Assembly: GCA_965287045.1 (NCBI GenBank)
Contig: OZ336871.1
Span: forward strand, 58,032,001-58,096,000
Direction of reading: 5' to 3'
DNA from: Carcharhinus amblyrhynchos
Lineage: Eukaryota
DNA length: 64,000 bases
The position numbers and the translations under genes are program-made. The notes beneath the pieces are model-generated. The model ran no database searches and was not told the origin of the DNA. It worked only from the letters and a program-made list of their open reading frames with translations. Positions within the stretch are counted from its first letter, which is position 1. Each line of letters starts with the position of its first letter. Below are positions 36,880 through 50,285 of this stretch, one piece after another.

Positions 36880-38100
36880 CAACCCTCAGTTATCATATTT
36901 TTGGTGCCATTATTGAGAGAGAAGACATTACAGCCCAGGCCCTCCCTGAAAATGGTTGCACTTAAAGAACTCCAGCCACACTTGCTTGCCGTTGCTGACG
37001 ATAGTGGTGAAAGGCTGGTGACAGTCTTTCTGGCTGCGGGAGGCGCGAGAGGGCTGGTTAAGGCTGGAGAGAGGAGACACAGATTGACCTCACACAACCA
37101 TCCAAATCTTCCCCTTTTCTTGCCGCTATCCATTCTGATTTGGGGAAAGCTAGCGGCAGCAAATTCAGAACTTACGGCCTGATTTTTGGTAATAACAGAA
37201 TTGGATTTGGTCATGGTGCCTCCTCTATGGTTGAATAGCTTGGTTACATTATTTAGGTTTACACATAAGATGGCCATTTGCACTTGCTCTAGAAAGCTGC
37301 TGACGTCAAGCAGAAGGGGCTGGGAGAAAATAATAGTGATTCGTTTTGCAAAGATTCTGGATTTGATGAATGCCTGAACAATATTTCTTTTACAGCACCG
37401 GCATTTCCTGGGCCAGATAATTCTACATTTCCCAACCAAATACAATGATGAAACGTGCTTATTTTTACTGAGCAGCCTACAATTTTAATCAAGTTATAGT
37501 CTACAAACTGTAGCCTTAGTTGAAAAACCTGCCTGTATCTTTTTATACTGATCAAACCTTCCAACCACACCCAAGGGGAATACCGGGCAGAGAGTGTTGG
37601 TAATATTGAAACCACAGAGTTGTGGCTGTGGTGAAACACCTGCCAGAGTCTGCGGTGGTTTCTTTTTTATAGCTTCTGTCTGTCAGTAGCAGTTGGACAG
37701 AGCTGGAGTGTCACAGACCTGGGAGCAAGCACCCTGCCTCCACAATGATGAATTTAATAAAGCAAGCCCAGTATGAAAGCAGGGTCTCCCCAGCACTTAT
37801 CATTACACTAGTCGCACAGCAGGATCTTTATTGAAGTAATACGCAATGGCTCGAGGTGAGCACGACAGAGCTGTGGTGCTTAAAGTTCAATATAACGGAA
37901 CAGTGGGAAGCTGAGGGACTGGCAGAAAGCTTAGCAAAGTTAAAGCTTGTTATTCCACGCCTGAGTGACCATGCCAACTGTGGCAGTACGCTTTTTGTGG
38001 CACACAACACATGTGCAGCAAAAGGATGTGCAAAAACTAAGATTTATAATCCTTGTGACACTGTTAGCGCGTAAGTGCTTTTAGAAAAAACACTATGTTT
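36880..38100. promoter_or_regulatory. Candidate promoter/enhancer island
   Basis: No recognisable repeat; visibly more CpG than flanking unique DNA; TGACGTCA 37301-37308; CAGGAAAT (minus) 37403-37410; AGATAA 37415-37420; RUNX-type sites at 37564, 37611, 37627, 37651, 37872; CACCTG 37637; minus-strand TATAAAAAA 37663-37671. Confidence 0.5.
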
Positions 38101-39191
38101 GTATTTCTACGATTTGGAATTTGCCTGAGATTTCTTTGTCCAAATCAGATGTCTTGTTCTCAAATCAGAGAACCAATGACCATTCAGACTGAAATAATGA
38201 AACCTCTTCATACATTTTACACCGCTCTTAGTGTCCTTCATAATTAGTTGTTGAACTGAGCAAGGGGTTTCCATAGTTATTACTCCAGTGTAACACTGAC
38301 CAAAAATCCTTTTCCCTGATTGAAAATAAAATATTTTCTGAGAAATCAACTCTCCTGCCTTAAGATGACACCTGAATAACAAATGTTTGAGGTTTAAATG
38401 CTCACACGTACTTTAAAGTACATTATTCTTTCATAACTATTCCATTTTTATCTGATCTCTGCTGAGATATGACTAATGCGTTATCAATGCTTTATTTGCC
38501 TGTGGTTTTAAAGTTCATATTTCATGCAAATAACTTTGTAATCATGATCAGAATTCACCCTGAAAACCAACATGATTGAATAGGTGTCAAAGTTAATCTT
38601 ATTTCAATACCTTATGCTACGAGCCAACATTATGAGATTACATATTTCCCCCTCCCACTTGCTGAATAAATATAATTTCTACAATAACATTTCATCAAAG
38701 CCTTGTTCATTTAATAATGCACAGTATCACCTTTTGAGTGACTGTGAATATGTTGCTGCTATGCTACAATCTGCACTCACTTCTCAAAGAGCTAAACCCT
38801 TTGACACTGTGGTTTTTAATTAAAATTACATTATGATTAATCTGCTGGAAGAAGGCTGCTGTCTCAGGCTGATTTGATTGTGGAAGTCCTGTGATGGCCA
38901 TGCTGGCTGCCAACTTGTTAAAACCATGCTGCTATATGTCAAGCGCATGTCACCTCAAAGTTCCAGTTCTGAGGCAAGAGCAACAAAACTAACATCCGGC
39001 AGAAAAGGGGACAGTGATGGATGGCAAGTTTTTATTCCAACCCTTGTCAACCCTTCCTGATACACACATGGCCCTCTCTTTGCTGACTGTAGCACTAAAA
39101 GTAGCTTTCAATTTGAAAAATAAATTTTTAAATATTAGCTGAGAAAATATAAAATTACCATATAGCAGAAATAAAAAAAACCATATTAATT

Positions 39192-39512
39192 TTTGAGTTG
39201 ATTTGTTATTGTCACATGTGTTAGTACACAGTGAAAAGTATTGTTTCTTGTGCTATATTGACAAAGCATGCCATTCATAGAGAAGGAAAGGGGAGGGTGC
39301 AGAATGTAGTGTTACAGCCATAGCTAGGGTGTAGAGAAAGATCAACTTAATATGAGGTAGGTCCATTCAAAAGTCTGATGGCAGCAGGGAAGAAGCTGTT
39401 CTTAAGTTGGTTGGTACTTGACTGCAGACTTCTGTACCTTTTTTCCGATGGAAGAAGATGGAGGGAAGTGTATCCGGAGTGCATGGGGTCCTTGATTATG
39501 TTGGCTGCTTTT
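39192..39512 (-). mobile_element. Rex1/Babar-type LINE 3' fragment
   Basis: Closely similar to 10189-10500. Confidence 0.85.
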
Positions 39513-39712
39513 CACAATCTCAGGATGTCCCAGATTATTTTATTGCCAATTAAATATTTTTGGAGTACTGTCTCTGCTATAATATAGGGAATGCGACAGC
39601 CAGCAAATTCCCACGGACAGCAATGTGATAATGATCAAATAATCTGGTCTGAGGTATTACTTGAGAGTTAAATATTGGCCAGGACATTGGGGAGAATTCC
39701 CCTGCTCATTCA
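39513..39712 (-). mobile_element. Deu-domain SINE fragment
   Basis: Reverse complement 'gagcaggggaattctcccc..tgtcctggccaatattta..cagattat..atcacattgctgt'. Confidence 0.75.
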
Positions 39713-39714
39713 AT

Positions 39715-40625
39715 GACACAGTAAAGTGTACAGGACCTGACGATGCATGTGCACACATCATTGAAGGTGGCAGGAAAGCGCTTATCAAAGCAAATGGAAT
39801 CTTGGGCTTCATAAATAAAGGTACAGGTGGTGAGTACAAAAGCAGGCAAGGTATGCTGAATGTTTATATAAAGCTCTGGTAAGGCCACAATTCATGTTTT
39901 GCATTCAGTCTAGTTACTACATTTTAAGAAAGATGTAAGGGTACAGAAGGGAGATTTGCCAGGATATGTCCGGGCATAAGGGATTTTACCAACAATGTTA
40001 GATTGGAGAAGCTGGGTTTGTTCTCCTCGGAGCAAAGGAGATTGCAGGTATATTTGACAGAGCTGTACAAGATTAGAATATATTTGAATAAGATAGACAA
40101 GGAAAACTTTTCCCATTCGCTGATGGTAGAAGGACTAGGTGGCATAGTTTTACGATTTTGTGCAAGAGATGCAGGGAAAATGTGAGGTAGAACATTTTTA
40201 TGCAGTGAATGGTAATGACCTAAAATTTGTTGTCCTCAAATATGGTGCATGCAGAGATGATCAGTGACAAGAAATTGGATGGATGCTTGGAGGAAATAAA
40301 CTTAGAGCGCCATGGGGGAGAGCAGCGGATCGAGACCGACTGGATTGCTCTGTGGAGAACCAATGTAGTAAGATGTCTCACAACACCAGTCCAACAGGTT
40401 TATTTGTAGCAAACACCACTAGCTTTTGGAACTGGCTATTCCTTTGATGAAGGAACAGCCAGTTCCGAAAGCTAGTGGCTTTTGCAACAAATAAACCTGT
40501 TGGACTGGTGTTGTGAGACTTCTTACTGTGTTTACCCCAGTCCAACGCAGCATCTCCACATCATGAGAATCAACACAGACATGATGGGTGGAAGGCCTCC
40601 TTCCATGCCATAAATGATTCTATGG
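39715..40625 (+). mobile_element. CR1 3' fragment hosting a Penelope-derived fold-back insertion
   Basis: KANGILGFINKG, LEKLGLFSSEQRRL; 3' end 'ggcctccttcc..gattctatg'. Confidence 0.8.
40364..40564. mobile_element. Penelope terminal-repeat-derived palindromic mini-element
   Basis: Inverted arms 40367-40444 and 40450-40527; flanks gagaaccaa/gagaatcaa (9-bp TSD, 1 mismatch); homologous to 28156-28276. Confidence 0.85.
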
Positions 40626-41694
40626 GCTGCTTTATAGGCTGAAGCAGGCTCCCTGCACCTCAGCATAAATGCCAAGGGTGACTCTGACTCTGGCTGGCCC
40701 GCATTAAGCACCTAAGACATGGAATGGTCCTCCATTTTTAACTAGCTAGGAGCCCTGAGAATCAAATCTGCTGGGCAGGTCTCTCTCACTGCCTGTTAAA
40801 TCAGAGAAATGGGAGGATGGGGCCCTTAACTGGATATGAATTGTCTATTGAAGACCCTAGATTGGGCCCCAGGTGAATGGCCTGCCTGATACCTATCCTG
40901 CCACTTACAAAACCACAATGGGGTGGGAGCAGGTGGGCAAGCAGAGGTCAGGTCGCCGATGGCACACTATTTTTCAGACCACCTGACTGCATTGCTACTG
41001 ATAAGTGACCTTCAAATTCCAATCCTATGGTTCCAGCCCTTCATGCCAGCGGGGTCTTCTTATCCCACAAATGTGAACAGAGATTTCAATAGCTCACCTA
41101 CCCTGCTGTGGGGAAAACTGTAGCAGAGCATTAGAAATTGTGCCACAGATCCTGTATGTTTACCTGAGAGGACAGGTGGGGCTTTGGTTTAAAGTCTCAT
41201 CCAAAAGACAGGCATGTCTCCATGGCACATAACCTACTGAATTGACTAAAGTGTTATATTGTTAGAAAATGAAATGTTTTAAGGACAATGCCTGTGTTTA
41301 AAACAGGGAATTATTAAGCTATCAGTCTTACTTGATGAAATTTCAATTTATAAATTATTTTGTGAAGAATCTTTGTTTCAAATGAAATATATGTTCACAT
41401 CAAAAGTGCCATTCAACTGATTACCAGCCAGTGTCCCATAATATGGCTTATGAAATTATAGATTGAGTTTCACAGAACACATAAACTTCGTAAAAAAAAA
41501 GTTGGTTTGTTGGTAAGTACTTCATTTATTTGTGAAGGGGTCATTTTTATGTTATTCCCCAAAGTAAGAATGTGACAACTGATTTACAACATTTACTGTA
41601 ACTAAATTAGAGGATTTGATTGGATATTAATAGATATTAGTTTCTTTTTCCTTCTGCAGTCTTTCTACAACAACCTAGCCTTCCTTTAGGTTGT

Positions 41695-41848
41695 AGAATT
41701 CCTACTATACAAAAAGAAGCCATTCGGCCCATTAAGTCTGTACCAACCACAATCCCACCCAGGTCCCATTCCCATAACCCTCACTTACCCTATTAATCCC
41801 CTGACACTAGGGTCAATTTAGCATGGCCAATCAACCTAACCCACACAT
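41695..41848 (-). mobile_element. HE1-like SINE 3' half
   Basis: 'gccattcggccc..ccacaatcccacccagg..caatttagcatggccaatc'. Confidence 0.8.
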
Positions 41849-44800
41849 TCATTAAAGCAGAGGATATTTAATTAACATCTTTACACATGGTCCTGATTTT
41901 GGTTAAGACTAGGCACTCGGCAAATATAGGCTTGGATCCCAGTAATGATGGTGCTGCTCATTGGTACAACCTTTCTTAGGTGTCACTTTAGTTTGTTTTT
42001 CATATCTTATGTTTCTTTGCCTAGTGATGATTTTCCTTCTAATTTACTTTCACCTTTTCTCCATGTCTGTTGATGCAATATTCCCAGTAGAATATGATTG
42101 AGAATGGGGTTAGTATGTGAGGGATCAGCACATGAACCTACATTGCATTACATCCTGGTGCAGATTCCAGATGTATCACAAATGACCAGAATTTTACCAT
42201 GAAGTTATGATGAAAGCAGGAGGTAAAGGGCCATCTTTTTCACATGGTTTTACTATTGGCATTAAATTTTGTGGTATTGTGCCACATATTTTGTATTGTG
42301 GACTACTGTTCTGACTAGTATGTTGTGCAACTGAATCTTTTGGAAATGTCCCAAAGTGCTTTTATGTCACATGAACCACTTTGAACTGTTGTTAATTTGC
42401 CAAAAAAAATGAAACAATGATCAATCAATCTTTTGTGGTTATGATCAGAAAGTAATCTTGTCCAGGGTTCTGGGAAAAATATTGAAAAATACTATGGGAT
42501 CTTTAACGATCCTCTGAACAGAGAGGACCTCATTATAAGATCTCATCAAAAGGACAGTGCCATTGATTATATTGTATTCACTGTTAAGTGCTTTGGGGCA
42601 TCCTGAAGTTATAGCAGGTACATGTGCAAGTGTTTATTTAATGGAATATTTTTTCAATATTAAATGGAAATGTGCTACCAACTGTGTCATAATGACATAA
42701 TGGGACATTTTCAGAAAGATGAAAGAAATGGAAGATGTCAATTGTCACCAACGAAAACCCAAGTCCATGTTTTCAGGAAAGAAAGAGCAAAATGAGAAAA
42801 ACTGAAGGTGAACAAAATCCAAAGTACAAAACAAAATGCATGCGCTTCTTCACTGAAAAATCAAGCAATGAAAATGATTACAATTTAATTTTTACAACGT
42901 AAGTTTTGTAAAAATTTCAATGTAATCATTTACCTGCCTCTTTCTTTTGGCTTATTTAATCAAACACCTATTATGTCTGGCACCCTTCCTGACAAGTACT
43001 ATGATGCTGCCAAGTTTAGTGTCAGCATCAATTATATTCTGTGCTAAAGCTTGTAGGCAACATTCAATTGGTGGAGCTGAATGCAGTCTGAAAGAAGATA
43101 ATCTGACGGTTTGAAGAAGATAATCTTAAAAGTGCAGGTCAGTGTTGAAACGATCCTGTAATAAGCCGAATACTGTGACTTTAGTTTAGATTTGAAGTGA
43201 AAAATGCAGCAATTGTAATAGTGCAGGTCATCTGCACATATCTCTGACATTGCAATCTGATGAATCTAAAGACATATCATAAACTCAGTGCCTGATGCAG
43301 AATTGCTGCAATCCATTCTGACCAAAGAAGTCTGAACAATGGACAATTTTGCTATTAAATGAGTTTAAAATGAACAAATACAGAAGCATCATTTAAAAGC
43401 TAAAGAGAAACCTCAAGGAACTTGAGAGACCAGCAGACATACTGTAAAGATGCAAAATTAAATGACTAAATGAAAGTGTGGAAATCTTACTAAGTGTTCA
43501 TGGGTGAGAAGGGATTAAAGGATTAGTTTAAGGTCAGGACCTAAATGTTTGATGTATTTATTGACCTGAATGACAAGCAATTCGAAATAAGACTTGACGG
43601 AAAGTCATTTAAAAGATGTTTACCTGTTTAATTCAGGTTTGTTGCAATCCTTTACAAGTCTAAGGATTAGAAAAATGTAAAAATTTGTCTGGCCCTATTG
43701 TAGGTTGAAATAGAATAACTCCTATGGTGTTTTTAGGTTGTATAATATGTAGATTTTAATATTTAATGGTTTCACTGGTATCAGTGATCAATTTGTACAT
43801 GGGCCAAACTTTCCATCAGTTTTTTTAAGAATTGCCTCACTCTTTCTTGCCAGCCTTGTGATGTGTGGCACTCCCCTAGTCCCTGTCCCCAAAAGTTATT
43901 TTTCTTGTATGAATCTAAACTGCAAGTGCTGGCAAACTATTTGACTATGGGTTCAACCATATCCTATCCTCACTTGACATTCACATAGATGCATTTCCTG
44001 CAAGGCTGAACCCCTGGCAAATTTCCCTTGTAACTAGTTTGAAGCCAATGATAGTGCTTCCTTGCTACCCGACTGCAATCAGGCAACTTTGCACCAATCA
44101 AGGATTGAAACTGGGACATTACTCATTGATGTGGTTTAGTACCAAACTATATAATGCATTCAGTCATTGAGTGATTTGGTGTTCAAGGCATTTTTGTAAT
44201 CTCTAATTTCATCGTGCCATTTCTACAGAAAAAAACATATGCCATCACCCAGCTATTATCAGAAAGTTCTGATGGCCCACAGAAAGGCATATATTGCAAC
44301 TGAAAAATTGGTGTAATCCACTTATGGTGAACGTGATTTACTTTGGCTCTCAATCAAATTGGACCAGCTGCATTTGCCCAAGTGAAGCATATTAGGCACA
44401 TTTTGTGGACAGTGCTGGGTCAGGACGACTGAAAAGTGTTACATTAGAAAACTGAATAATGCTCAGTGGTAGAGAACTGCAGAGGGCTTAGTGGAGAATT
44501 TAGAGCAAGCATATCATTTGTCTCAGACTGCATTTTGTATTTAATCTCACAGCTGATTATATCTAACACTTGATCCTTGATCAGACCAAAGGTAAACTTG
44601 AGTGGTGTTAGTTTATGAATGCTTTCAGTGGGAAAGCCTCCACGCCAAAAGTGTACATTTGTATATTAGTTCTCTAATTTATCCCTCACATCTAATATTA
44701 AATGTAACCGGACAATGCTGGTCAAGTCTAGGGACTGGAATAGTGATATGAGTGGCAGCTGGGAGGTATATATTAAAATGAACAGAGGAAAAGTCATAGG

Positions 44801-45284
44801 AAGTGTGCCTGCAATTTCGTTATATGGAGTCACAACAAATAAAGCTCAGTGCTGTCTATGCGTTCTGAAAACCAGCCCTCGAATCTGCACAGAGGTGTTC
44901 ACTTTAAGTGTTTCCCACAGTTACACCGGACAGAACTTTGAACTTTGGTGAAATTGGAGCATAGGTAGTGGTGGGCATAAAACTAGTGGTATTGGATTGG
45001 CTGTCTATTATACACCCTACCCACTAGGAATATCAGATTGGCATGTGAAAAGTGCTATCAAATTAGTCTTCTGTTTTATATCCCACCTAATAGGGAACCC
45101 TCATTGGATGTACAACCTACGGCCAATTCATCAGTTTTATAAAATTAAAAGTTCAGTCCACCATTTCACAGGTGGCGATTATTTTAATTCAGCTTTCTAC
45201 ATAACAAAATATCTCTTCTTAAAGAATTGGAGTACAGCTAACTGAGAAACCAATGTCCGGAGTAGATTAATTAATTAATTGTAT

Positions 45285-46868
45285 TCAAGATGGATAAATC
45301 TCCAGTGCTTGATAATCTTCATCACTGAGTACCTAAGGAAGTAGCCCTGGAAATAATAGATCCATTAGTTGTCATTTTTCAAAATTCTTTGTACTCTGGA
45401 CTGGTTTGTACAGATTGGAGGGGAGTTAATGTAAGCCCAATATTCAAACAGGGAGGTGGAGAGAAAACAGTGAACTTTAGACCAGTGAGCCAGATGTCGG
45501 TACTGGGAAGTTGTTAGAGTCCATCAGAACTCAGCACTTGGAAGGCAGTGGTATAATCAGACAATGTTACATGGATTTACAAGGGGGAAATCATGCTTGA
45601 TGAATCTACTGGAATTCTTTGAGGATGTAACTAGTAGAGTTGATTGAGGAGAACCAGTGAATGTGGTTTATTTAGACTTTCAAAAGGCTTTTGATAAGAT
45701 CTCACATAACAGATCACTATGTAAAGTTAAAGCAAAAGGGATTGCAGATAATGTCTTGAGATGGATAGAAAGCTGGTTAGCAGATAGGCAGCAAAGAGTT
45801 GCCATAAATGTGTCTTTTTTTGATTGGCAGGCCGTAACTAGTGAGATAACTTAGGGATCTGTGTTAGGACCCTAACTGTTCACATTATATATTAAACATT
45901 TGGGAAGAGGAACAAAATGTATTATCCCCAAATTCGCAGATGATACAAAGTTGAGTGGGAGGGTGAGCTGTGAAGAAGAGGTAGAGATGCTCCAGTGTGA
46001 TTTGAACAGGCTGAGTGTGTGGGCATATGCATAGCAGATGCAGTATAATGTGGATAAATGTGAGGTTATCCACTTCGGTAGCAATAATGGGAAGACAGAT
46101 TATTACTTGAAAGGCTGTAAATTGTGAGGTGGAAACTCAGTGAGACCTTGGTGTCCTCATGCATCAGTAGCTGAAAGCAAGTGTGCATGTTATAGCTACA
46201 GCAGGCAGTAAAGAAGGCAAATGGTTTGTTGGGCTTCATAGCGAGAGGATTTGAGTATAGGAATAGGAATGTTTTACTGCAATTGTGTAGGGTAATGGTG
46301 AGGCCGCACCTGGAGTATTGTGTGCAGCTTTGGTGTCCTTATCTGAGGACAGATGTCCTTGCTATAGAGGGAGTACAACAAAGGTTTACCAGCCTGATTC
46401 CTGGGATGGCAGGTCTCTCATATGAAGAGAGACTAAGTCAGTTAGGATTGTATTCATTGGAGTTTTGAAGAGGAAGAGGGGATCTCATTGAAACTAATAA
46501 AATTTTAACAAGTTTAGAGAGGGTAGATTCAGAAAGAATGTTCCCAATGATGGGGGTGTCCAGAACTAGAGGTCATAGTTTGAGAATAAGGGATAAACCT
46601 TTAGAATTGACATGAGGAGAAATTTCTTCACCCAGAGAGTGGTGAATGTGTGGAATTCACTACCACAGAATGTAGTTAGTCCAAAAATATATAATGTGTC
46701 TTTTCAAGAAGAAATTAGCTATAGCTCTTGGGGCTAAAGGGATCAAGGGATATGGGGTAAGGGGGGACCAGGATATTGAATTTGATGAGTAGCCATGATC
46801 ATAACGAATGGTGGAGCAGGCCCGAAGGGCTGAATAGCCCATTCCTGTTTCTATTTTCTATGTTTCTA
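45285..46868 (+). mobile_element. CR1 LINE RT and 3' end, inactivated
   Basis: VVYLDFQKAFDKISH, KFADDTKL, VRPHLEYCVQLW, FFTQRVVNVWNSLP; tail 'ctattttctatgtttcta'. Confidence 0.95.
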
Positions 46869-47786
46869 ATTTTAGTGAGCAACACCCAGTGTTATTGGGA
46901 GAAATAAAGTTGAGATTGCATATTCCAAAATTATTCTCTACTGTCTCAACAAAATTCTTCCATTTCCCACATCAGCCCTTATTACGGCTTCTCTTGATAT
47001 AATTTGATGTAAATATAGTGCCATTTTTGTGTAGTGGGTTCTTATTCAGTAGTAACTGGTTACATTTCCCAAAATGTGTTTAGCACTTGGAGAAACATGA
47101 GTTCATCAGAATTTCAAACACATGTTGAGCATGACCAATCTTCTTTGTAGTAATAAAGGAGATGTGGTTTATTTCAATTTTGAATATGCACTTGATATAG
47201 GATCACAGAAAAAAGTATGTGGGAGAGGTAATGGCAAATAGAATTAAAGGGAATGTGGTTACATAGAGAAAGGATAGTTGGAGGTAGAAGTGAAAGAAAG
47301 AATCACAGGCTGGAAAGATGTGAGATATTGGAATCTCACACCTGATGACTGTTTTTAGTCTTTCCATTTGTGACCTGGTCCTTTATCTGGTCCAGCATTT
47401 AACCACACTGTGTCACAGATAATTGTTACCCGCAGGATTAATTCTACAGTGTGTCCCACAGCTTTTGGGTCTCTGATGCACATATGGCTATGGATCATTC
47501 CCTAACTTGTGGAAGAAATGCAATCAAAATTCTTGAGGTCACAAGTTTGTTATCTCCATGCAGCTCCACTAGTTTTCATTCTAACAGTGGTAGAATTGCT
47601 TTAGCATATTGGGAGAGCATAATTATAGAAATAGTATTTTCCTCAATTAACTTAAATTGCCAGCTACGAAGACTGTTTTCCGAGCGTAGGTAGTAATTCT
47701 TTCCCTTTCTAAATTAACAAGCAAATTAGTTTAATGTCCTTGATGAATCATTTCAAAAAAGAATGAACATCACTTTGTGATAAATA

Positions 47787-50285
47787 CTTTTTTTTTAGTC
47801 TTTCATGGGATATGGACATCACTGAAAAGGCCAGGATTTGTTGCTCATCCAAAATTGTCCTTGAGAAGATGGTGGTGAGCCGCTTTCTTGAGCTGCTACA
47901 GTTATACCTACGGGGCTACTGGAAAGGGAATTCCTGGATTTTGATCCCATGTCAGCAGAGGAGTGGCAATATATTTCCAATTCAGGATTGTGTGTGGCTT
48001 TGAGGGGCGATTGCAGGTGGTGGAGTTCCCAAGTGTCTGCTGTCCTTGCCTTTCTGGGTGGTAGAAGTGGTGGTTTTGGAAGATGCTGTTGAAGGCTCCT
48101 TGGTAAGTAATGCATCTTGTACATGGTATACACTGCTGCATTGATGGTGGAGAGACAGTGTGTTGAAGGTGCTGGAGGGGGTTCCAATTAACTGGGATAC
48201 ATTGTCCTGGATGGTGTTGAGTGTCTTGAGTGTCGTTGGAGCTGCAATCATCCAACCAAGTGGAGGGTATTCCATCATACTCCAAAGATATGCCTTGTAG
48301 ATGGTGGACAGGCTTGGGGAGTCAGGAGGTGAGTTATTAACCACAGAATTCCCTGTCTCTGACCTGCTCTTGTAACATGGAAAGAAAGAAGCAGGAGTAG
48401 GCCATTTGACCCATCGTATCTACTCCACCATTTGAACAGATTATGCCGATCATTTACCTCAACATCATTTTGTCCCATTATCTCCATATCCTTGTTGTCA
48501 TTAGTATCTAGAATTGTATTGATTTCTGTCTTGAACATTCTCAGTGATTGACCTTCCGCAGCTTTCTGGCTGACCCAGTTTCACATCCAGTCAATGATAA
48601 TGCCCTAGGATGTTGATAGTTGCAGGTTCAGTGATGGTAATGCCATTGATGTCAAGGGGAGATGATTAGATTTCCTCTTCTCAGCAATAGTCATTGCATA
48701 GCAATTGTGGCATGGACATTGCTTGCTATCTTTCAGTCAGAATCCAAATGTTGTCCAGGTGTTGATGCATATTGGCAGATTCACAGCGGGCACCATCTCC
48801 CTGACCCTGCACTCAACCATGGAACACCGAAATAAAAAGGACACTTATGTCAGACTCTTATTTATTGACTACACCTCAGCCTTCAACACTTTTATCCCAA
48901 CAAGACTCACCTCCAAACTCCTTGGCCTGGGTCTCAGCTCCTCCTTCTGTGACTGGATCTTAAACTTCCGAATCCACAGACCCCAATCAGTAGGGATAGG
49001 AAACAGTATCTCCTCCACGATCATCCTCAACACCAGTGCCCCACAAGGCTGTGTCTTCAGCTCCCTACTATACTCCTTATACACCTATGACGGTGCGGCC
49101 AAATTGCACTCCAACTCCATTTTCAAATTTGCTGATGACACCGCCATTGTGGGTCGGATCTTAAACAATGACAACCTGAAGTACAGGAAAGAGATAGAGA
49201 ATCTAGCAAAATGGTGCGATGGCAATAACCTTTCTCTCAATGTCAGTAAAATGAAGGAGATTGTCATTAATTTCAGGAAACAGAGTGGAGGACATGTTCC
49301 TGTCTACATCAACGGTAATGAAGTGGAAATGGTCACAAGCTTCAAGTTTCTAAGTGTTAAGTCCAACAATCTGTTCTGGACACCCATGCTGATGCTATAG
49401 TTAAGAAAACCCACCAACGCCTCTACTTTCTCAAAAGACTAATGAAATTCGGCGTGTCTACTATGACTCTCTCCAATTTTTACATCATAGAAAACATCCT
49501 TTCTGACTGTATGACAGCTTGGTATGTCTCCTGCTCTGACCAAGACTACAATAAAATACAAAGGCTTGTGAATGTAGCCCCATCCATCAATCAAACCAAC
49601 CTCCCATCCCAGCCATGCTAGCTGCCTTGGAAAAGCAGCCAGCATAATCAAGGATTCCATGCACCCCGGACATACTCCTTTCCACTTTCTTACATTGAGA
49701 AAAAGATACAGAAGTCTGAGAACAACAACCAACAACAACAACCAACTCAAGAGCAGTTTCCTCCCTGCTGCCTTCTCACTTTTGAATGGACTTATCGTAT
49801 ATTAATCTGATCTTTCTCTTCACTCTATCTGTAATTACAACATTATATTCTGCACCCTTTCCTTCTCCCTTATGTATGCTGTGAATGGTGTGTTTTGTCT
49901 GTATAGCGCATAAGAAACAATACTTTTCACTGTGTCCCAATACATGTGACAATAATAATCCAATCAAATCAAATCATGGACTACTTCAATATGGGACTGA
50001 ACATTGTGTAACCATCAGCAAACATCCCTACTTTTGACTTTTAGATGGGAGGAAGGTCATTAATGAAGCAGCTAAAGATGATTGGGCCTAGGACACTACC
50101 CTAAGGAAATCCTACAGCGATGTCCTGGGACTTAGATGAGTTGCCTCCAACAACCGCAACCATCTTCCTTTGTTAGTTATGACTGCAACCAATTGAGGGT
50201 ATTCCCCCGATTCCCATTAAATTCAGTTTTGCTAGGGCACATTTGGTCAAATGCTGCCTTGATGTCAAGCACATTCACTCGCATA
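47787..50285 (-). mobile_element. L2/CR1-group LINE (LDIKAAFD-type) RT-3' fragment, interrupted by a CR1 tail (48375-48570) and a Rex1 element
   Basis: LDIKAAFDQ near 50240-50270, LSTIYKA..SMMEYPPLGW, 3' tail shared with the 52556 SINE family. Confidence 0.8.
48776..49974 (+). mobile_element. Rex1/Babar-type LINE, RT domain and 3' end
   Basis: YVRLLFIDYTSAFNT, PQGCVFSSLLYSLYT, FKFADDTAIVGRI; (CAAAT)n tail. Confidence 0.92.

Noticed and set aside
37295-37335. Resemblance of the CRE context to the MITF-M promoter
   Set aside because: No MLEMLEY-type first exon follows; the similarity is short and recalled from memory only
36879-37445. 188-aa minus-strand ORF as a single-exon gene
   Set aside because: Non-ATG start, no recognisable domain, and it runs through a strong internal splice donor
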